Assembly (NCBI GenBank): GCA_049320885.1
Contig: JBMORA010000009.1
Span: 288,001 to 352,000, forward strand
Origin: Thermodesulfobacteriota bacterium
Lineage (GTDB): Bacteria > Desulfobacterota > Desulfobacteria > Desulfobacterales > SURF-7
Length of the DNA: 64,000 nucleotides
Direction: 5' to 3'
The translations under genes and the position numbers were made by a program. The notes beneath the pieces were generated by a model that was given only the letters and a program-made list of their open reading frames with translations, made no database searches and was not told the origin of the DNA. The number at the start of each line of letters is the position of its first letter. The first letter of the stretch is position 1. Shown here piece after piece: positions 59,716-64,000 of the stretch.

Positions 59716-60888
59716 ATGAAAGAACGCACCAAATTGTTGTGGATCGTCGGCATTTTTCTGGCCGCCTATTACATTCCCTGGGATCACCCGCTGATCCGTC
59801 AGTCCGGGTTGGAAGCCTTCCTGATGCTCCGGGAATACGCCCGGGAGCATGTGCTTACCTGCCTGATCCCGGCCTTTTTCATCGCCGGGGCCATCGCCGT
59901 GTTCGTTTCCCAGGCGTCGGTCCTGAAATATTTCGGCGCCCAGGCCAACAAGATCCTGTCCTATTCCGTGGCGTCCATTTCCGGAACCATTCTGGCGGTC
60001 TGTTCCTGCACCGTGCTACCGCTGTTTGCCGGTATCTACACCCGCGGGGCGGGCATCGGACCGGCCACGGCGTTTCTGTATTCAGGGCCGGCCATCAATG
60101 TCCTGGCCATCACCTTGACGGCCAAAATCCTGGGCTGGAAGCTGGGTCTGGCCAGGGCCGTCGGGGCGGTGCTTTTCGCCGTGGTTACCGGTCTGCTCAT
60201 GGCCCTGATCTTCCGCAAGGACGACGTGGCGCGGACCGCCGGGCAGATCTATGTGCCGGAGGACGGGGCCAAGGAGCGTACCCTGGTGCAGGACGGCCTG
60301 TATCTTCTCACCATGGTGCTGATTCTGGTGTTCGCGGCCTTCGCCAGACCGGCGGAAGGATCCACCGGCCTGTGGCCGGCCATCTTCGCCGCCAAATGGT
60401 ATATTACCGTTGTCCTGCTCATCGTGCTCGGCATCATGCTTAAAGCCTGGTTCACCCGGGAGGAATGCAAGACCTGGGTGGAATCCACCTGGGGATTCAT
60501 GAAGCAGATTTTTCCCCTTCTGGGCGGCGGGGTCCTGGTGGCGGGTTTCCTGCTGGGACGTCCCGGCCATCCGGCCCTGATTCCCGAGGAGTGGGTGCAA
60601 ACCCTGTTGGGCGGCAACTCCCTGGGGGCCAACCTGATCGCGGCGCTGGCCGGAGCCTTGATGTACTTCGCCACCCTCACCGAGGTGCCCATTATCCAGG
60701 GATTGATCGGATCGGGCATGGGCCAGGGACCGGCCCTGGCGCTGTTGCTGGCCGGACCGGCGCTGTCGCTGCCCAACATGCTGGTAATCGGCAGTGTCAT
60801 GGGCGTCAAAAAAACAGCTACCTTCTGTGGCATCATCGTGATCATGTCCACCATCGCCGGGATGCTGTATGGCGCGTTTTTCGTTTAG
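59716..60888 (+). CDS. arsP: ArsP/DUF318-family permease 1
   Basis: HVLTCLIPAFFIAG, AVCSCTVLP, GPAIN, MYFATLTEVP, GPALSLP. Confidence 0.85.
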   Translation: MKERTKLLWIVGIFLAAYYIPWDHPLIRQSGLEAFLMLREYAREHVLTCLIPAFFIAGAIAVFVSQASVLKYFGAQANKILSYSVASISGTILAVCSCTVLPLFAGIYTRGAGIGPATAFLYSGPAINVLAITLTAKILGWKLGLARAVGAVLFAVVTGLLMALIFRKDDVARTAGQIYVPEDGAKERTLVQDGLYLLTMVLILVFAAFARPAEGSTGLWPAIFAAKWYITVVLLIVLGIMLKAWFTREECKTWVESTWGFMKQIFPLLGGGVLVAGFLLGRPGHPALIPEEWVQTLLGGNSLGANLIAALAGALMYFATLTEVPIIQGLIGSGMGQGPALALLLAGPALSLPNMLVIGSVMGVKKTATFCGIIVIMSTIAGMLYGAFFV

Positions 60889-60906
60889 GGAATAAGGAAT
60901 AAGAAA

Positions 60907-61296
60907 ATGAAACATCTTGAAATTGAATGGCGCCATCTGGACAAGGAGGGGAAAACCTGCGACCGGTGCGCCGATACGGGTGAAACGGTCCGCAGCGCTT
61001 ATGCGGAACTGGTCAAGGAACTGGAACCTGAAGGTTGGAGCGTGACCCTTAAGGAGACGCTTTTGACGGATCAGGAGATTCCCGAATCGAACAGTATTTA
61101 TGTGAACGGGATCGTCATCGAAGCGTTGCTGCCCGACACGCGCCGATCGGAAAACTGCTGCGTCCCGTGCGGCGAGATTCTCGGAGCGCCCACCATGTGC
61201 CGGACGCTTGAACGAAATGGTCAGACCTTCGAGGCGGTACCCACCGCCATGATTCTGGAGGCGGCCCATCGGTTTATCCAAACACAAAACCAATAA
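60907..61296 (+). CDS. DUF2703-like Cys-rich protein
   Basis: IEWRHL, TCDRCADTG, ESNSIYVNG, CCVPC, CR. Confidence 0.75.
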   Translation: MKHLEIEWRHLDKEGKTCDRCADTGETVRSAYAELVKELEPEGWSVTLKETLLTDQEIPESNSIYVNGIVIEALLPDTRRSENCCVPCGEILGAPTMCRTLERNGQTFEAVPTAMILEAAHRFIQTQNQ

Positions 61297-61308
61297 AGGA
61301 GTGTCAGA

Positions 61309-61542
61309 ATGGAAATCAAAGTACTGGGTCCCGGCTGCGCCAAATGCCGGCAGACGGAAAAAGTGGTCAAGGAAGCGGTCGCCGAAGCCGGCGTCGCCGC
61401 CAATGTCGAAAAAGTCACCGACCTGATGAAAATCGCCGGTTATGGCGTGTTCGGCACCCCGGCGGTGGTCGTGGACGGCGAGGTCAAGTCGGTGGGCAAG
61501 ATTCCGAGTAAAGACGATGTCAAATCATGGTTGAAAAAATAA
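61309..61542 (+). CDS. Small redox-active disulfide protein (MTH895/thioredoxin_3 family)
   Basis: IKVLGPGCAKC, YGVFGTPAVVVDG. Confidence 0.9.
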   Translation: MEIKVLGPGCAKCRQTEKVVKEAVAEAGVAANVEKVTDLMKIAGYGVFGTPAVVVDGEVKSVGKIPSKDDVKSWLKK

Positions 61543-61560
61543 GGACGGCACTGCTTGAAA

Positions 61561-62667
61561 ATGATTGATGAAAAAAATAGTGGAATGGTTTCCACAAGGA
61601 GACGGCCATACTTTATAAGGGTTGCGGATGTATTTCGGGGAACTTCCTCTGGATACATCATGGGGAGTGTTATTCTGATCGCAGTGTGGTGGCTGATCTA
61701 CCGGGATCTGGCCGCTTTTGCCGGTTTTTTTACCCAGGCGCTGTCCCGCCTGGCGGGCTTTTCACCAGACAGCCACCTGGGCAGCGCGATTGCTTTTTTC
61801 GTGTTTGAAACTCCGAAAGTCATCATGCTGCTGACCCTGGTGGTTTTCGGGGTCGGGATCGTCCGTTCCTTTTTCACGCCCGAGCGCACCCGCGCCATTC
61901 TTGCAGGGAAACGGGAGTCCACCGGCAATGTGCTGGCGGCGTTGCTGGGAACCGTAACGCCGTTCTGCTCCTGCTCGGCGGTGCCGCTCTTTCTCGGTTT
62001 CGTGACCACCGGCGTACCGCTGGGCGTGACCTTTTCCTTTCTGATTTCAGCTCCCATGGTGAATGAAATCGCCCTGGTACTGCTTTTTGGGCTTTTCGGC
62101 TGGAAAATTGCTGCGATCTATTTCGGGACAGGTCTGGCCATCGCCATCATCGCGGGCTGGACCATCGGCCGTTTGAAAATGGAACGCCATTTAGAGGAGT
62201 GGGTCTATCAGATTCAAGCCGGGAAAATCGATCTGGAAGACGGCCCCAAGAATTGGGCCGAACGGATCCGGTACGGTATTGAGGCCGTACGCGACATTGT
62301 CGGCAAGGTCTGGCTCTATGTCATGCTGGGAATCGCGGTTGGGGCGGGTATTCACGGCTATGTCCCCGAAGGGCTCATGGCCTCCTTCATGGGCAGAGCC
62401 GCCTGGTGGTCGGTGCCTTTATCGGTACTGATCGGAATTCCCATGTATTCCAACGCCGCCGGCATCATCCCCGTCGTCCAGGCGTTGCTTGGAAAAGGCG
62501 CGGCGTTAGGAACGGTGTTGGCTTTCATGATGTCGGTCATCGCCTTGTCCCTGCCGGAAATAATTATTCTGCGCAAGGTGCTGAAGCCGCGCTTGATCGC
62601 CACTTTTGTCGGCGTCGTCGGCACGGGTATCATGCTTGTTGGCTATATTTTTAATTTTATCATGTAA
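61561..62667 (+). CDS. arsP: ArsP/DUF318-family permease 2
   Basis: TPFCSCSAVP, SAPMVNE, GIPMYSN, LSLPE; start uncertain. Confidence 0.85.
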   Translation: MIDEKNSGMVSTRRRPYFIRVADVFRGTSSGYIMGSVILIAVWWLIYRDLAAFAGFFTQALSRLAGFSPDSHLGSAIAFFVFETPKVIMLLTLVVFGVGIVRSFFTPERTRAILAGKRESTGNVLAALLGTVTPFCSCSAVPLFLGFVTTGVPLGVTFSFLISAPMVNEIALVLLFGLFGWKIAAIYFGTGLAIAIIAGWTIGRLKMERHLEEWVYQIQAGKIDLEDGPKNWAERIRYGIEAVRDIVGKVWLYVMLGIAVGAGIHGYVPEGLMASFMGRAAWWSVPLSVLIGIPMYSNAAGIIPVVQALLGKGAALGTVLAFMMSVIALSLPEIIILRKVLKPRLIATFVGVVGTGIMLVGYIFNFIM

Positions 62668-62733
62668 TCCGCGGAAGGCGGTATACCCGGAAGCAGCTAT
62701 TTGAAATCATGGATTAAAAATAAGGAGGATGTG

Positions 62734-63156
62734 ATGATCGATACATGTTGTTCGGGAGGAAAAGAGGTTATGATTCTGGCCTGTTCGGGCGGTTCCAATG
62801 TGGGGCAGCTCTCCAACCAGGCGGCGGTGGAGTTGACCCGTGAGGGGTTCGGCAAAATGTTCTGCCTGGCGGGCATCGGCGGACGGCTGTCCGGATTCGT
62901 GCAGTCAGCGAAGGATGTGCCCATCCTGGTAACCATCGACGGCTGTCCGGTGGGCTGCGCCAAGGCGATTCTAGAGCAAAACCAGGTGCCGTTGCAGCCG
63001 TATGTGGTGATCACCGAAGAAGGGATCGAGAAGAACAAGAATTTCGATCTTCAGCGCGTCGATATCGACCGGGTCAAGGCCGCCGTCAAGAAGGCGGTTG
63101 GGGAATCCAGGCCTTCCGAAGGAAAACCGGCCGCTTGCGGCTGCAGTTCCTGTTGA
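62734..63156 (+). CDS. DGC-domain putative zinc-binding protein
   Basis: ACSGGSNVGQ, MFCLAG, IDGCPVGC; Cys-rich termini. Confidence 0.85.
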   Translation: MIDTCCSGGKEVMILACSGGSNVGQLSNQAAVELTREGFGKMFCLAGIGGRLSGFVQSAKDVPILVTIDGCPVGCAKAILEQNQVPLQPYVVITEEGIEKNKNFDLQRVDIDRVKAAVKKAVGESRPSEGKPAACGCSSC

Positions 63157-63163
63157 GCCGGAA

Positions 63164-63430
63164 ATGGACTGCTTGAACTGTAAGGGGTACACCGAGGATA
63201 TCCGCGAAGCCCCGGACACGGAGATGGTTTGTTATTGTTCCGATGTAACCAAGGGCGGTATCTTGCGTGCCATGGCGCGGGGGGCGACATCCCTTTCGGA
63301 AATAAAAGCCGCCACCACCGCCTGCACCCAGGGGCGCTGCCGGGAAACCAATCCCCGGGGCCGTTGATGTTCGCGGGAAATCCGCCTTCTCCTGGGTCAG
63401 GAGAATGAACAAATTTCCGGGTTGGTATAA
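63164..63430 (+). CDS. BFD-like (2Fe-2S)-binding protein, probable selenoprotein (UGA at 63365-63367)
   Basis: VCYC..VT...I..A...GA.S..EI...T.AC...C...NPRGR-UGA-C-SREIRLLL. The family motif normally ends NPxGxCC; a hairpin follows the UGA. Confidence 0.75.
63368..63411 (+). promoter_or_regulatory. Putative bacterial SECIS element
   Basis: TTCTCCTG-ggt-CAGGAGAA perfect 8-bp stem (63387-63405) with a G-first loop 27 nt after the UGA; outer TGTTC/GAACA pairing. Confidence 0.65.
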
Positions 63431-63458
63431 TGAATAACCATAAGCGAGACAGCTAAAG

Positions 63459-63896
63459 ATGATTGAAAAACCGAGAATCCTGTTTCTATGCACGGGCAAT
63501 TCCTGCCGTAGCCAGATGGCCGAGGGGTGGGCGCGGCAATTGAAAGCCGCTGAAATGCAAGTCTTCTCCGCCGGCATTGAAAAACACGGACTCAATCCTA
63601 CGGCCGTGAAAGTCATGGCCGAAGCCGGGGTGGATATCTCCGACCACGAATCCAAGCGGGTGGAGGAACTGCCGACCATGGAGTACGATTACGTGGTCAC
63701 GGTCTGCGGGCATGCCCACGAAACCTGCCCGTATTTCCCCGGCAGGGCGAAAATCGTGCATGTGGGTTTCGACGATCCGCCCCGGCTGGCGCGGAATGCG
63801 GCCACCGAGGAGGAGGCTCTCGGGCACTACCGTCGCGTGCGGGATGAAATCCGGGCGTTCGTGGAAACATTACCGGAGGCCTTGTCCCGAAAATAG
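63459..63896 (+). CDS. arsC: Thioredoxin-dependent arsenate reductase (LMW-PTP fold)
   Basis: LCTGNSCRSQMAEG, TVC...ETCP, FDDP, VRDEI. Confidence 0.92.
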   Translation: MIEKPRILFLCTGNSCRSQMAEGWARQLKAAEMQVFSAGIEKHGLNPTAVKVMAEAGVDISDHESKRVEELPTMEYDYVVTVCGHAHETCPYFPGRAKIVHVGFDDPPRLARNAATEEEALGHYRRVRDEIRAFVETLPEALSRK

Positions 63897-63909
63897 AAGG
63901 GAACCTTGA

Positions 63910-64000
63910 ATGAAACCATGGTTGATGGGCTGCTGTCTGCTGCTTGCCGCTCCGTTTCTTGCAGCGGCTGGGGATCAGGCCGGCTCGCCGGATAATCCGG
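63910..64000 (+). CDS. Exported protein, 5' end only
   Basis: RBS AAGGG, MKPWLMGCCLLLAAPFLAAA signal-peptide-like; open to the window end. Confidence 0.5.
   Translation, partial: MKPWLMGCCLLLAAPFLAAAGDQAGSPDNP

Noticed and set aside
63154..63183. Possible Sec readthrough at the TGA ending the DGC protein (CGCSSC-TGA)
   Set aside because: No clear SECIS-like hairpin, only 8 further codons, and these overlap the next gene start; most likely a true stop
1..64000. CRISPR arrays, tRNA/rRNA genes, IS elements, integrases, prophage genes
   Set aside because: None recognised by eye in intergenic regions or ORF translations; a covariance-model scan was not possible

Overview
GC-rich bacterial chromosome segment. 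The gene content and protein families suggest an anaerobic deltaproteobacterium (Desulfobacterota-like); this is inference only. In order, the window holds: (1) 1-15.1 kb, a minus-strand Wzx/Wzy exopolysaccharide operon whose polymerase/ligase gene is frameshifted in an A9 tract; (2) a DHH phosphoesterase, then a cytochrome c-DUF3373 porin-hybrid kinase-REC/kinase operon; (3) ilvE, a beta-barrel protein with two CsgG-like proteins, pyrR-moaB-amidase-hydrolase, mobA, a patatin and livKHMGF; (4) 36.4-43.6 kb, a polyhydroxyalkanoate cluster (class I-like phaC, DUF3141, phaR, three tandem phasin-like paralogs, phaJ) with two matching promoter/operator units; (5) 43.8-53.4 kb, two convergent signalling operons. 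One is periplasmic binding protein-kinase-single-domain receiver-diadenylate-cyclase-domain protein. The other is a cytoplasmic group-2-type [NiFe] hydrogenase with a multi-PAS kinase, and the two kinases share an almost identical phosphotransfer helix. This is the best candidate for an undescribed system: H2 sensing wired to a nucleotide second messenger. Further along are (6) an AT-rich toxin-antitoxin islet bracketed by a 90-bp gene-start duplication; (7) gabD, lysE, rhlE and csp; (8) an ArsR/ArsP/ArsC cluster containing a probable selenoprotein (in-frame UGA plus SECIS-like hairpin) that the ORF track truncates. No tRNA, rRNA, CRISPR array or transposase was recognised. All product calls come from motif recognition, without database searches.
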